Part shown: positions 30,746 to 41,424 of the stretch, one piece after another
Position numbering within the stretch: the first letter of the stretch is position 1
Layout of the letters: each line of letters begins with the position of its first letter
Assembly: GCA_963777605.1 (NCBI GenBank)
Contig: CAVZRV010000028.1
Location: 1 to 64,000 of the forward strand
Reading direction: 5' to 3'
Origin: an uncultured Acidobacteriota bacterium
GTDB lineage: Bacteria > Acidobacteriota > UBA6911 > RPQK01 > JAPXNP01
Length of the DNA stretch: 64,000 nt
Made by a program: the position numbers and the translations under genes
The notes under the pieces: generated by a model
The model's database searches: none
What the model was told of the DNA's origin: nothing
Seen by the model: the letters and a program-made list of their open reading frames with translations, nothing else

Positions 30746-32220
30746 AGATAGGAATTTGCTTTTTCCGGGAGTGAGTCTATTAGAGCGGAAATGGTGAGTA
30801 AATGCTGCAATGAGCGGCAATGAGCGCCTGGATTGAATGTTCAGGCAGGGCGGACAGGAAGGAAGGGGCGTGGGCGCACGTCTCGGGGTTGCGGGGAGCG
30901 TGTGACTCGGTCTTTGAGCCGGAATTGGAGCACGGGGCAGACGCAGGGATATCGGCAGGAGCTGAAAAGCCGCGGCTCTTCAGCCGCGATAGACGGGGAC
31001 GTCGTCCCAGAGGACCGAATCGGTGGAGGCTCGCACCTTCTGAGCCTGGCGGGGAGGCAATGCGGCCAGGAGGGCCTCCAGCTTGTGGGGCAATAGGCGG
31101 GGCGGGGGTGGAGAGCGCGGCGAGTGCTCCGACAGATTAGGTGCTGAAGGATCTTGCGGATGACGCTCCACTGTTCAATGAAGGCAATGATCTGCATCTG
31201 ATTTCCGCAGCGAGGACAAGTCAAGGGATCGACCTCGTAGATCTTCTTGATCCAGTCCAGAGCATCCAGGCAGCGCGTGACACCCTTGTTCGTGCGGTAC
31301 TGGACCTGTCCGGTTTCGGCCCGCTAGAGGAGTCGAGTCCCAGCGAAACTGGGGCGCAGGATATAGGTGGACAATCGTTCCAGAGCCGCCTGATCGTCTC
31401 AATCAATCGGAGGCCCGCAGTACATCTGAAAGCCCGACGGGTGCCAGCAGCGGAGCCGATCGGCGAACTCCCGGCTGAGACGGCGTTGCGAGGTCAGCAG
31501 CTCCAGGACGTGGTGTTGGAACAGCCGCGCGAGCCCCTCCGAGTCCAGCGGGCCGAAGGGCTGAAACTGCTCCTGGCCGATCCCAGACGCCGATGCTGAC
31601 CAGCGAGTGCAGGTGGGGATGGAAATTGAGTTGGTCTCCGTAGGTCTGGATGGCGACGATGGCCCCGGCAGCGGCGGCCCGGTCGAGCGACTGGGTTTGG
31701 GTGTAGTCCTGCAGTGTCTTCCAGGCGCAACGGGCCGGCTCTCCGAGCAGCCGCCGATCCCGCCGGAAGGTGGGACGCAGGACCCGGGGAATGGTCCGCA
31801 CCAGTTGGCGGTGATCGACCGCTTCTAGGATCTCCTCGGTGACCCACTCCACGAAAGCCGCCACGCGCTTGGCCTGGCAGGAAGGGCAGAAATAGCGGGT
31901 CTTGCAGGAGAAGGCCAGTAAGTACTCCTCGCGACAGTGGCCGCCGCGGACGCGAGCAAAGCCGTGGCGGAGGATTCCGCACTCGAGAAAGCGCTCGACC
32001 GTCTTCTCGACGACCGACGAAAGGGCCCGTAGTCTTGCTCGTACAAGGGAGTGTAGGCCTGCCGGAATTCCTCCCAGTAATGTTCCAGGCACTGGTAGAG
32101 CGCACTTTGCTGAGGACGTCTCGGCCGGTAGATCGCAGGTCGTGCCATCACCTAAACAGAACGTCCGAGCAGCACAAATCTGCGAACGATCACTGGGCCC
32201 GATCGGGCTAAAACGCATTC
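30746..32220 (-). mobile_element. IS91/ISCR-like element copy A, transposase pseudogene (~30980-32148)
   Basis: FLECG..HGFAR, FSCKTRYFCPSC zinc domain, HPHLH HUH motif, YEVDPLTCPRC; frameshifts and stops; oriIS-like end AAAAAGCAAATTCCTATCT on the minus strand at 30746-30764. Confidence 0.9.
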
Positions 32221-32274
32221 AACGAGTCAGTTCGGTGGGGCCGCCGCCCGACCATCATCTGGCGACGTTCTAGG

Positions 32275-32410
32275 TCGCCCCATCTCCAACCAGCACGAAA
32301 CCCTCCCAGTAGATGGGGAGGGCGCCATTGCCGAACTTCCCGAGCAGATCGAGTTTGGCTTGGCGGAGGGCTGTGCCTTTGTCCTGGCCGTCGGCGAGGT
32401 GCTCAAGAAG
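32275..32410 (-). pseudogene. CHAT (caspase-like) domain C-terminal fragment
   Basis: EHLADGQDKGTALRQAKLDLL...PIYWEGFVLVGDG on the minus strand. Confidence 0.7.
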
Positions 32411-32444
32411 GGGAGCTGTTACCCAGTACCCCTTCCGTACCTTG

Positions 32445-32696
32445 CTACTTGGCCAGCGGCGTCGGCATCAGGACCATGGCGCTGTCGTCGAGGCCCCAGT
32501 GCTCAACCGCCTTGCCATTCTCGAAGCGAACGAAGTCGTAAACCTCGAAGGTGGCCTCGTTGGCCGCTGCCACCTTCGCGTCGCGGTCGGCCTGACTCTC
32601 CGTTTTCTGGGCCGGGGCCTCGGACGCCGGCGGCTGGCACGCCACCAGGCCCAGAAGCACGAGGCCGAACACCATCGGTCCCTGGATCGTTCGCAT
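32445..32696 (-). pseudogene. Ester cyclase lipoprotein with internal deletion
   Basis: RBS ggagga; lipobox LVAC; N-terminus joined directly to DFVRFENGKAVEHWG. Confidence 0.6.
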
Positions 32697-32751
32697 CGTT
32701 CTCCTCCCTTCCCACCTCTGGCAACTCGCGAAAGGCCCGTGCCAACGCAAG

Positions 32752-33783
32752 CTATTTCTTTCTGCTCAGAAATTGTTCGCAGCGGGTTTTGACGTTGGCT
32801 TCCAGGTTACGGAACCAGAGCTCGTAATCAAAGCGATGGTAGATGCCCGGGGGAAAGCCGCCGACATCCAGCTCATCGGGGACGTCAGTCTCCAGTGCGC
32901 CGGAGTCGGGGTCGACGGTGGCGCCGGCGTAGTGCGGAATTTCACGTTCGATGACGGGGCTGTTGTCGTCGAAAAAGACGGCGCCCAGATTTAGCTCTTT
33001 GCCGGCGGGTGTTGCGTCCGTGGTCCAGGTCAACGGATTGATGCAGAAGGCACCGGGAAGCAGAACGGGCGATCCGGTGGCGCCGGGGGCCTGGGTGTTG
33101 TACGAAATGATGACGCCGGTGTCATCGGCACCTGTGGCGGTTCTCATCCAAGGCGCGGCAGCCAGAATGTCCGGGGTGATTGAGTAGCCGATGAGGTAGG
33201 CTGCGACTAAGCGCTCCTGCAGCTCCGGGTCATCAAAGTACTCCTGCATCAGGGCGATCAGTGCCATGGAGCCCTGACTATGGCCAGCGAGGATGAAGGG
33301 GCGTCCCTCATTCAGATGCTCCAGATAATAGGTGAAGGCGCGAGAAACATCCGAATAGCCGACTTTGAAATATTCATTTTGAAACATGTCCTCTTCGGGG
33401 TTCAGTCTGGCCATGGACATTTGACGATAGTAGGGGGCAAACAGATTGGCCTGGCTCGAATACACACCGGCCTGCGTGGTCATCAGATTCTCGGCGATCG
33501 ACCGCAACGCTTCATCCTGAATGTCCATGTTGGGCGGAGCGTCTGCGGAATAGATGGTGGGATACACATAAAACACATCGATGGGATGGGCGGGGCTCGA
33601 GGATTGCGCGACCCAGGTGGAGGCGTCTTGATAGTCCGGGGTTGCGGCCGCATTGGTCTCGGTTGCTTTTGCCGGAACCGCGGCCGGTCCACACCCGGTT
33701 GTCCAGCAGATCAGGCAGACAAGGAGGCCGGCCATTCCAGCCGTATTGTTCGTGAGCAGTTTCGTCGCAGCACTCGGTTTCAT
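32752..33783 (-). CDS. DUF3089 alpha/beta hydrolase lipoprotein
   Basis: DVFYVYPT, FAPYYRQ, RPFILAGHSQG, LVAAYLIG, CINPLTW, YH..DY. Confidence 0.92.
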   Translation of the reverse strand: MKPSAATKLLTNNTAGMAGLLVCLICWTTGCGPAAVPAKATETNAAATPDYQDASTWVAQSSSPAHPIDVFYVYPTIYSADAPPNMDIQDEALRSIAENLMTTQAGVYSSQANLFAPYYRQMSMARLNPEEDMFQNEYFKVGYSDVSRAFTYYLEHLNEGRPFILAGHSQGSMALIALMQEYFDDPELQERLVAAYLIGYSITPDILAAAPWMRTATGADDTGVIISYNTQAPGATGSPVLLPGAFCINPLTWTTDATPAGKELNLGAVFFDDNSPVIEREIPHYAGATVDPDSGALETDVPDELDVGGFPPGIYHRFDYELWFRNLEANVKTRCEQFLSRKK

Positions 33784-34008
33784 TTCGACCCTTCTTTCGT
33801 AACAGCCACCTCTTCGACGGCCCGAGTAATTTTCAGGGTACCAGAGAAGGTTTCGCAAGGTGCGCAGACCGGGTCAGGACGCGGGTCATTTTGATGCAGA
33901 TCCAAATGACCAGCAGCAGCCCGGCCAAGGGCAGGAGGGCGAGTGCGGTTGTCACGACAGATCCCGGGGGTAGGGGTAGTGGATTCTCTTCTCCGTCCGC
34001 CATGGTAA

Positions 34009-34977
34009 AGATAGGAATTTGCTTTTTCCGGGAGTGAGTCTATTAGAGCGGAAATGGTGAGTAAATGCTGCAATGAGCGGCAATGAGCGCCTGGATTGAA
34101 TGTTCAGGCAGGGCGGACAGGAAGGAAGGGGCGTGGGCGCACGTCTCGGGGTTGCGGGGAGCGTGTGACTCGGTCTTTGAGCCGGAATTGGAGCACGGGG
34201 CAGACGCAGGGATATCGGCAGGAGCTGAAAAGCCGCGGCTCTTCAGCCGCGATAGACGGGGACGTCGTCCCAGAGGACCGAATCGGTGGAGGATCGCACC
34301 TTCTGAGCCTGGCGGGGAGGCAATGCGGCCAGGAGGGCCTCCAGCTTGTGGGGCAATAGGCGGGGCGGGGGTGGAGAGCGCGGCGAGTGCTCCGACAGAT
34401 TCAGGTGCTGAAGGATCTTGCGGATGACGCTCCACTGTTCAATGAAGGCAATGATCTGCATCTGATTTCCGCAGCGAGGACAAGTCAAGGGATCGACCTC
34501 GTAGATCTTCTTGATCCAGTCCAGAGCATCCAGGCAGCGCGTGACACCCTTGTTCGTGCGGTACTGGACCTGTCCGGTTTCGGCCCGCTAGAGGAGTCGA
34601 GTCCCAGCGAAACTGGGGCGCAGGATATAGGTGGACAATCGTTCCAGAGCCGCCTGATCGTCTCAATCAATCGGAGGCCCGCAGTACATCTGAAAGCCCG
34701 ACGGGTGCCAGCAGCGGAGCCGATCGGCGAACTCCCGGCTGAGACGGCGTTGCGAGGTCAGCAGCTCCAGGACGTGGTGTTGGAACAGCCGCGCGAGCCC
34801 CTCCGAGTCCAGCGGGCCGAAGGGCTGAAACTGCTCCTGCCGATCCCAGACGCCGATGCTGACCAGCGAGTGCAGGTGGGGATGGAAATTGAGTTGGTCT
34901 CCGTAGGTCTGGATGGCGACGATGGCCCCGGCAGCGGCGGCCCGGTCGAGCGACTGGGTTTGGGTGCAGTCCTGCAG
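34009..34977 (-). mobile_element. IS91/ISCR-like element copy B, 5'-truncated
   Basis: Near-identical to 30746-31713 including the oriIS-like end; identity stops at gtcctgcag, about 8 bp before a GGGACAGACT motif. Confidence 0.92.
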
Positions 34978-34985
34978 AAGAGATA

Positions 34986-36526
34986 GGGACAGACTCCTTT
35001 TTCATCAATATCAATTGGACGGAACGGGGAACAAGGGGAACTTGTTGAGGCAAAGGAAAAGGGGGCAGCGTTCGAAGAAGAAGAGGGCAACAGGACCGGA
35101 CTGCAGGTGATCCAACCGTCGGAGTCGCCGGGAGAAGATCTCCCGGGTTCCACAGGAGTGAATGGACTGGATGGACGAGCGCCGTGGCAGGATCTGGTCC
35201 AAGCGCCTGGCCGTCTTGACTCAGGGACAAGCCGAAAAGTGCCGGAGGAATTCATCCTGCCTACCGATTGCAGAAAGGTTGTGCAGGTTCAGGAACACGT
35301 TGCCCTAAATGGACGAATCCGGGCAAACGGCTTCCAGAGCCGCTCCGCTTGGGCCGGCACGTACCCGCACGACCTCATCCCGCGGGCTTCTGCTGCCTCC
35401 CTTTTACCACCCTCAACTCCGCGCGTGGCTGCGTTGCTCCCGGACCGAATATAGCGCTCCCCCGAACTGGGCTACCGGATGCCGCCTCCTTCGATAGATC
35501 CCCTCCCTGCGCTTCCGCTCAATCAACCGCCTCACCGCCATCTCCACTCCCAGTGCGATCCCGTCACTGAATACCCGCTCCCGCGTCGACCAACCCGCAG
35601 CCTCCTTCCGCTCGTCCTCCCGCCACTTCGCCTCCAGTCGTTCCCGGTAGCTCTCGTAAGCCCCCTCCGCCGACACCTGTGTGAAAATCTCCTCAATCGG
35701 GATTAACTCCTCGCCTCTCCCGTGAAACCGCTGCCAGGCCGAAGACCACCTCCACTGCTCGGGCCGTTTCACCACGTGCGCCCGCGTCACATTTGTCTCC
35801 ACATACACCAGGCACCGCTCGAGCCCCGTCCGATCCAGCAATTCCAGACTCTTGAACCGGGCTCCCCAGAAATGCCCGCTTCGCCCGTAGGTCCGGTTGT
35901 ACCATTTGGCATACTCCCCGTTGACGTGTTGCATCAGGGCCGACAGGTCGAACAGCTTCCGGTTAAACCACTGCCAGTCGGCCGCAGTCCAGCCGGCCGT
36001 TTTCGTCCGGGCCTGTTCGCCCCACAACAAGAAGGCCCGGTGCTTCAACTCCCGGCGCGACAAACGGCGAAAGCACTCCATCCAGAGGATGAGGTGATAG
36101 TGCGTGCTCATGAGTTCGAACGCGGCGAGGCGGCAGGAGTAAGCACGGACATAGGCGAAGATCAGGTCCTGCAGCTTCTGGCGGGCAACGGCATCTTTGA
36201 AGGGGAAGAAGGACTGGTGGGAAACGACCCGGGTAATGAGGTGATAGAAGGTGGACTCGGGACTCTTGTGACGGGCTCGTCGCATTGCTTCGACTCCTTT
36301 CCGTTTGACGGTGCACAACCGGCGGAGGGCTCCGCCCCCTGTTTCCCATAACGTTTGAGTTCGCAAATGTGCAAGTCGAAGCCGTCTTGAGGCCGAACAA
36401 TCGCTCCCTGCTCGAAGTCGCGAGAATTCATCCGGAGAGTCTTCAAAAGGAGCAAGCCGGCACGAGATTCCTTGAGTTCAGGACACTTGCAAACAACAGC
36501 CTGAGCCAGAAAAACGAGTCTGTCCC
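34986..36526 (-). mobile_element. RAYT element copy 1 bounded by inverted GGGACAGACT motifs
   Basis: 35310-36527 matches 52560-53777 with four substitutions seen by eye. Confidence 0.8.
35413..36285 (-). CDS. REP-associated tyrosine transposase (RAYT, HUH Y1 family)
   Basis: RBS aaaggag; YHLITR; MSTHYHL HUH motif; GHFWGARFKS; YVETNVTRA; PEQWRWSS. Confidence 0.92.
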   Translation of the reverse strand: MRRARHKSPESTFYHLITRVVSHQSFFPFKDAVARQKLQDLIFAYVRAYSCRLAAFELMSTHYHLILWMECFRRLSRRELKHRAFLLWGEQARTKTAGWTAADWQWFNRKLFDLSALMQHVNGEYAKWYNRTYGRSGHFWGARFKSLELLDRTGLERCLVYVETNVTRAHVVKRPEQWRWSSAWQRFHGRGEELIPIEEIFTQVSAEGAYESYRERLEAKWREDERKEAAGWSTRERVFSDGIALGVEMAVRRLIERKRREGIYRRRRHPVAQFGGALYSVREQRSHARS

Positions 36527-36530
36527 TCTT

Positions 36531-36560
36531 GTTGCTGTCCGCACTCGCGCGGACAGCAAC
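36531..36560. repeat. 12-bp perfect hairpin between two motif copies
   Basis: gttgctgtccgc-actcgc-gcggacagcaac; contains ctgtcc/ggacag. Confidence 0.65.
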
Positions 36561-36766
36561 AAAGCAGCAAGGCAGATAACGCACAAGAATCAGCCTGTCC
36601 CCATTTCCTGACCAACGATAATGCGATAGGGCGATTCATTTGGTCAGGCGACAGAATCTCAGGCTGGGTCCATCAAACTAAGGAGCCGCATCTGGTTCCC
36701 ATCAGATCGGTAACCGCTACCTACCAAGGACATCAAAACGCTTGACACGGGAGTAAACTTTGAGAC

Positions 36767-39604
36767 GTGACACAGCACTCAGTCGACAATCATTCTTCCC
36801 CAGGAACAAAGATCGCACTGTTTCGCTCTCTCTTCAGAGGCCGCGAAGATGTCTATCCTCGCGAATTTCACAGCCGAAAAACGGGCAAGTCAGGGTACTC
36901 GCCGGCATGTGGAAATGAGTGGATTCGAGGAGTTTGTGACAAGCCGACGACCAAGTGCAGCCAGTGCTCTCACCAGCGATTCCTGGTCGTCTCAGATGAA
37001 GTGATTCGTTTTCACCTGGAAGGAAACGACGAGCGCGGCCGTGACTTTGTCATCGGCGTTTACCCAATGCTTCGGGATGAGACCTGCTGGTTTCTTGCGG
37101 TGGATTTTGACAAGATTTCATGGAAGGATGACGCACTCGCATTCCTCGAAACCTGCCACGATCTGAAGATTCCAGCTGCTCTGGAGCGCTCTCGCTCGGG
37201 GAAGGGAGCCCACGTCTGGATTTTCTTTGATGCCCCCCTGTGCGCTCCAATTGCACGCTCCCTGGGAACCCACATTCTGACCGAGACTATGGAGCACCGA
37301 CCTGATATCGGGCTGGACTCATACGACCGTCTATTCCCAAATCAGGACACTTTGCCCACTGGCGGCTTCGGGAACCTGATCGCACTCCCCTTGCAGAGGC
37401 GTGCACGGGATCGAGGGAACAGCCTATTCGTTGACGACAGGCTGCAACCCTACAACGATCAGTGGGCCTTCCTCGACCAAGTGCGCAGGCTCCCCTGCTC
37501 CGAAGCCGAGGCGATCGTCGATAAGGCAATGATGAAGGGACGGATTGTTGGTGTCCGACTTGTGCCCGAAGAAGACGAACTCACTCCATGGAGATCCCCT
37601 CCATCCCGCCGGAGCATCGCCCCTCCCGTCACGGGGCCGCTGCCCGGGAAGTTGGAACTGACAATGGGGAACGAACTATTCATCCCAACTGTAGGACTAT
37701 CTCCGAGCCTGCGCAACCGCCTCATCCGTGTCGCAGCCTTTCAGAACCCCGAATTCTATCGGGCCCAGGCAATGCGACTGCCCACCTATAAGAAACCCAG
37801 GGTAATAGGGTGTGCCAGAGAATACTCTCATCATATCGGCATACCGAGAGGGTGTCTTGACGAGATTCAACGTCTGCTGTCCGATCTCGGGATCAAGCTC
37901 AACGTGGTAGATGAACGTAATGCCGGAGAGCGTCTTGACGTAAGTTTCACCGGAAGGTTGCTGCCAGAGCAGAAACTTGCAGCGGATGAACTCCTCAGAT
38001 TTGACACGGGGGTTCTTTCTGCAGCTACTGCATTCGGCAAGACTGTCGTTGGCGCCAACCTTATAGCTCGGCGTAGAGTTAACACGCTCGTTGTCGTTCA
38101 TCGGAGACAACTTCTCGAACAGTGGGTCGAACGTCTCGCGACATTTCTCTCTATACCCAAGTCAGATATTGGGATCGTTGGTGGCGGAAAAAGGGACGCC
38201 AATGGCTGTCTGGATGTAGCCTTGATCCAGAGCCTCATTAGACTCGGGGAAATCGACGACCTGTTGGGCAGGTACGGGCAGGTAATCTTCGACGAGTGCC
38301 ATCACATCCCCGCCCGGAGCTTCGAAGAGGTAGCCCGACAGGCAAAAGCGAAATTCATCCTTGGCCTCTCGGCTACACCGATTCGCAAGGATGGACACCA
38401 CCCGATCATTTTCATGCAGTGCGGCGAAATCCGATACCGTGTCGATGCAAGGAAACAGGCCATTGGCAGACCGTTCGATCACACCGTAATCGTCTGCCCG
38501 ACTGATTTCCGGCCGATTCGACCTGAAGATCCCGATGCTCGACTCAGATTCCAAGACCTTTATGATGAGTTGACCACGGATAATTTGAGAAATCAGGCCA
38601 TTTGCAGAGACATTGTCAAAGCCGTTCGGGAAGGACACTTTCCTTTGGTTCTCACTGAGCGCAAGGAGCATCTCGAAGTTCTGGCCGAGCAACTGACAGG
38701 CAACGTCGATCACTTAATCACGTTCATGGGCGGAATGGGGCAGAAAGCACTTCGCGAAGCCCGTGCGAAGCTTGCATCAATCCCAAGGGAAGAAGCCAGG
38801 GTTCTACTGGCAACCGGGGCATTTATCGGAGAGGGTTTCGATGACGCGCGCCTGGACACCCTTTTTCTGACGCTGCCAATCTCGTGGAAAGGTACCGTCG
38901 CACAGTACTTGGGTCGGCTACACAGACTTCACCGAGACAAACACGAAGTCCGAGTCTACGACTACGCTGATCTGAATGTCCCGATGCTGTCGAGGATGTT
39001 CGATCGTCGGTGCAGGGGATACGAGGCCGCCGGCTATAGAATCCTGCTGCCGGCGAGCGCTCTTTCAGGCTGGCCTGCAGATGTCCCGTTGCCCATCGAC
39101 CCCGAATGGAAGAAAGACTACGCCGCCAGCGTCCGAAGACTGGTCCGCGACGGAGTTGATCGCAAGTTGGCCGATCTTTTCACGTTGGTATCCCCGCCCA
39201 TCCTCACGGCCCAGAATACTGGAGTTTCATCCGAGCGAGCCCGAAGCGCCAGTGAATCTTTCCTTTTTCGCCGATTGGAGACCCTCGATCAGACCAAAGG
39301 TCGCTTCCATATGAACGTCGAAATCCCAATTCAGTTCAACGAACGGGGATCGATGGAAGTGGACTTCCTCTGCAGGGACTTGTCCATTGTGCTGGAGTTG
39401 GACGGAGACCAACATCTTGCGAGTGCCGATGCTTACCGGAGCGATCGCCGTAAAGACTACCTTTTGCAGGAACATGGCTACCTCGTGCTTCGTTTCCTGG
39501 CAAGCGATCTGGGCAGACGACTCGACGACGTTATCGACACGGTTCTCCGAGCGATGGAACATCAAGCGCTGAAGGCAACTCGATCGATGGATGCAATCCA
39601 ATAG
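36767..39604 (+). CDS. AEP primase (TOTE-type) + SF2 DEAD/DEAH helicase + DUF559-like endonuclease fusion
   Basis: LAVDFD, RSRSGKGAHVW, DRLFPNQD; ATAFGKT, DECH, LSATP, GEGFD, QYLGRLHR; EVDF...ELDG..H...DRRKD..LQ..GY.VLRF. Confidence 0.88.
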   Translation: MTQHSVDNHSSPGTKIALFRSLFRGREDVYPREFHSRKTGKSGYSPACGNEWIRGVCDKPTTKCSQCSHQRFLVVSDEVIRFHLEGNDERGRDFVIGVYPMLRDETCWFLAVDFDKISWKDDALAFLETCHDLKIPAALERSRSGKGAHVWIFFDAPLCAPIARSLGTHILTETMEHRPDIGLDSYDRLFPNQDTLPTGGFGNLIALPLQRRARDRGNSLFVDDRLQPYNDQWAFLDQVRRLPCSEAEAIVDKAMMKGRIVGVRLVPEEDELTPWRSPPSRRSIAPPVTGPLPGKLELTMGNELFIPTVGLSPSLRNRLIRVAAFQNPEFYRAQAMRLPTYKKPRVIGCAREYSHHIGIPRGCLDEIQRLLSDLGIKLNVVDERNAGERLDVSFTGRLLPEQKLAADELLRFDTGVLSAATAFGKTVVGANLIARRRVNTLVVVHRRQLLEQWVERLATFLSIPKSDIGIVGGGKRDANGCLDVALIQSLIRLGEIDDLLGRYGQVIFDECHHIPARSFEEVARQAKAKFILGLSATPIRKDGHHPIIFMQCGEIRYRVDARKQAIGRPFDHTVIVCPTDFRPIRPEDPDARLRFQDLYDELTTDNLRNQAICRDIVKAVREGHFPLVLTERKEHLEVLAEQLTGNVDHLITFMGGMGQKALREARAKLASIPREEARVLLATGAFIGEGFDDARLDTLFLTLPISWKGTVAQYLGRLHRLHRDKHEVRVYDYADLNVPMLSRMFDRRCRGYEAAGYRILLPASALSGWPADVPLPIDPEWKKDYAASVRRLVRDGVDRKLADLFTLVSPPILTAQNTGVSSERARSASESFLFRRLETLDQTKGRFHMNVEIPIQFNERGSMEVDFLCRDLSIVLELDGDQHLASADAYRSDRRKDYLLQEHGYLVLRFLASDLGRRLDDVIDTVLRAMEHQALKATRSMDAIQ

Positions 39605-39787
39605 AGTTTCTCTCCAAATCGCAGGTCACGCCCCCGTGCCGCTGGCCTGTCCGGTCTTGGCTGCCTGAATTCCCTGCTCCTCTGGCCTTTCGCTGGATGC
39701 CTTTTGCGACCCGCGTTCCGCATTCGGACGGGCCGAAGAACGATTCCGCTTTTGCACTTCTCCACGTCGTGACCTAAGATTCACAGC

Positions 39788-41116
39788 ATGAATGGTATGC
39801 GTCGTCCAAATCGCCGTCTGTTCCTGAAATCCGTCACTGCTGCTTCCGTCGCCGCGCCCGCCGTTGTGCCACGAATCTGGAGTGCTCCACCGTCAGATCG
39901 CGTGATGCATGCCAGCATCGGCGCCGGTGGAATGGCTCGGGCCGACCTTACCCAGATCTGCAAGGCTGACAACGTTCAACTTGTGGCTGTCGCCGATGTC
40001 GATGCAGGTCGAACCAAGGGACTGAAGGACAAGTGGCCCGATTTACGGATCTATTCAGACTGGCGGGAACTTCTCGACAAAGAGAAAGAACTCGACTCGG
40101 TCAACGTGTCCACTCCCGATCATATGCACGCCCCGATTGGGATGAGCGCGATGGCGAGAGGTTTGAGCGTTTATGGGCAGAAGCCCTTGACTCACGACAT
40201 CCACGAAACCCGACGGCTCACCCTCGAGGCCGCGAAGCGTGGCACTGTCACACAAATGGGAATCCAGATTCACTCTGGACCCGAATATCGTCTTGCGGTG
40301 CAATTGATTCAGGGCAAGGCCATCGGCCTGGTCAAGGAAGTGCACACCTGGAGCAGCAAGAAGTGGGGCGATGATGGCCCCATGCCGCAGCGTACCGACC
40401 CGATTCCGGAGGGATTCGACTGGGACCTCTGGCTGGGCGTCTGTGCCAAGCGTCCCTTCATCGGTAATGCCTGGTACCATCCGGGCAACTGGCGGCGACG
40501 CCTGGATTTCGGAACCGGCACATTCGGCGACATGGGGTGCCACATCTACGACCCGGTCTTCAAATCATTGGCATTGACGGCCCCTTTGACCGTCCGAAGT
40601 GAAGGCGCCGCACCCAATGAGCACTCCTGGGCTACGGATGCAATCGTAGAGTATATCTTCCCAGGAACACCATATTCAGCAGGCCCGACCGTCAAGGTGA
40701 CCTGGTACGATGGCGACCAGCGGCCGCCGTCACCAATCATCGCCCGGGCCGGAGGCAAGCTGCCCGACCAGGGATCAGTCTTTATCGGAACAGAAGGTGT
40801 GATGGTTTTACCTCACATCGACAAGCCGAAACTGCTCCCCGAAGAGGACTTCAGGGATTTCAGAATGCCCGAGGTCGAGGGCTCCAGCCATTGGGTTCAA
40901 TTCGTCGAAGCCGTTCGTGGAAACGGCAAGACTTCGGCTGGCTTCGAGTATTCCGGCCCGTTGACCGAAGCGGTTCTGCTCGGCAGCGTCGCGAGTCGAT
41001 TTCCGAAAACGACTCTAAGCTGGGATGCTGAGAAGATGCAGTTCATCGCCCTGGATGAAGCCGACCAGTTCCTGGCAAAGACTTATCGAAAGGGCTGGGA
41101 AGTCGACGGGCTGTAA
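39788..41116 (+). CDS. Gfo/Idh/MocA oxidoreductase with Tat signal
   Basis: NRRLFLK; IGAGG; STPDHMH; QKPL; DMGCH. Confidence 0.93.
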   Translation: MNGMRRPNRRLFLKSVTAASVAAPAVVPRIWSAPPSDRVMHASIGAGGMARADLTQICKADNVQLVAVADVDAGRTKGLKDKWPDLRIYSDWRELLDKEKELDSVNVSTPDHMHAPIGMSAMARGLSVYGQKPLTHDIHETRRLTLEAAKRGTVTQMGIQIHSGPEYRLAVQLIQGKAIGLVKEVHTWSSKKWGDDGPMPQRTDPIPEGFDWDLWLGVCAKRPFIGNAWYHPGNWRRRLDFGTGTFGDMGCHIYDPVFKSLALTAPLTVRSEGAAPNEHSWATDAIVEYIFPGTPYSAGPTVKVTWYDGDQRPPSPIIARAGGKLPDQGSVFIGTEGVMVLPHIDKPKLLPEEDFRDFRMPEVEGSSHWVQFVEAVRGNGKTSAGFEYSGPLTEAVLLGSVASRFPKTTLSWDAEKMQFIALDEADQFLAKTYRKGWEVDGL

Positions 41117-41142
41117 AACACCCGTGCGGGCACCAATAGCAA

Positions 41143-41355
41143 GGGACAGGCTGGTTTTCAAGTGATGCGACGCTTCAGGGAGGGGAGCAAGGGACAGGCT
41201 GATTTTCGATCAAAGATTCATGAAGCTTTTTTCCAGTTGACGTCGAAGGTCCAGCACCGGCTTGTCCACTTTGGTCTTGGCCGATTACCGATGTCAAGGG
41301 TCGGCTTCGGGTCTGCTAGCGAGGATCACAACTGGTTCAGAAAGAGTCTGTCCCC
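41143..41355. repeat. Inverted-motif element with duplicated left end
   Basis: agcaagggacaggctg at 41138 and 41186; agtctgtcccc at 41345. Confidence 0.8.
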
Positions 41356-41424
41356 TTGTGCTAATGTGCTAATTGCCCCCGGGACGATAGAGACACCGTT
41401 ATGAAATCGTCTTTAGCCTGCTGA

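Noticed and set aside
32730-32746. Sigma-54-like TGGCACG upstream of the ester cyclase remnant
   Set aside because: GG to GC spacing is 12 nt, not the required 10.
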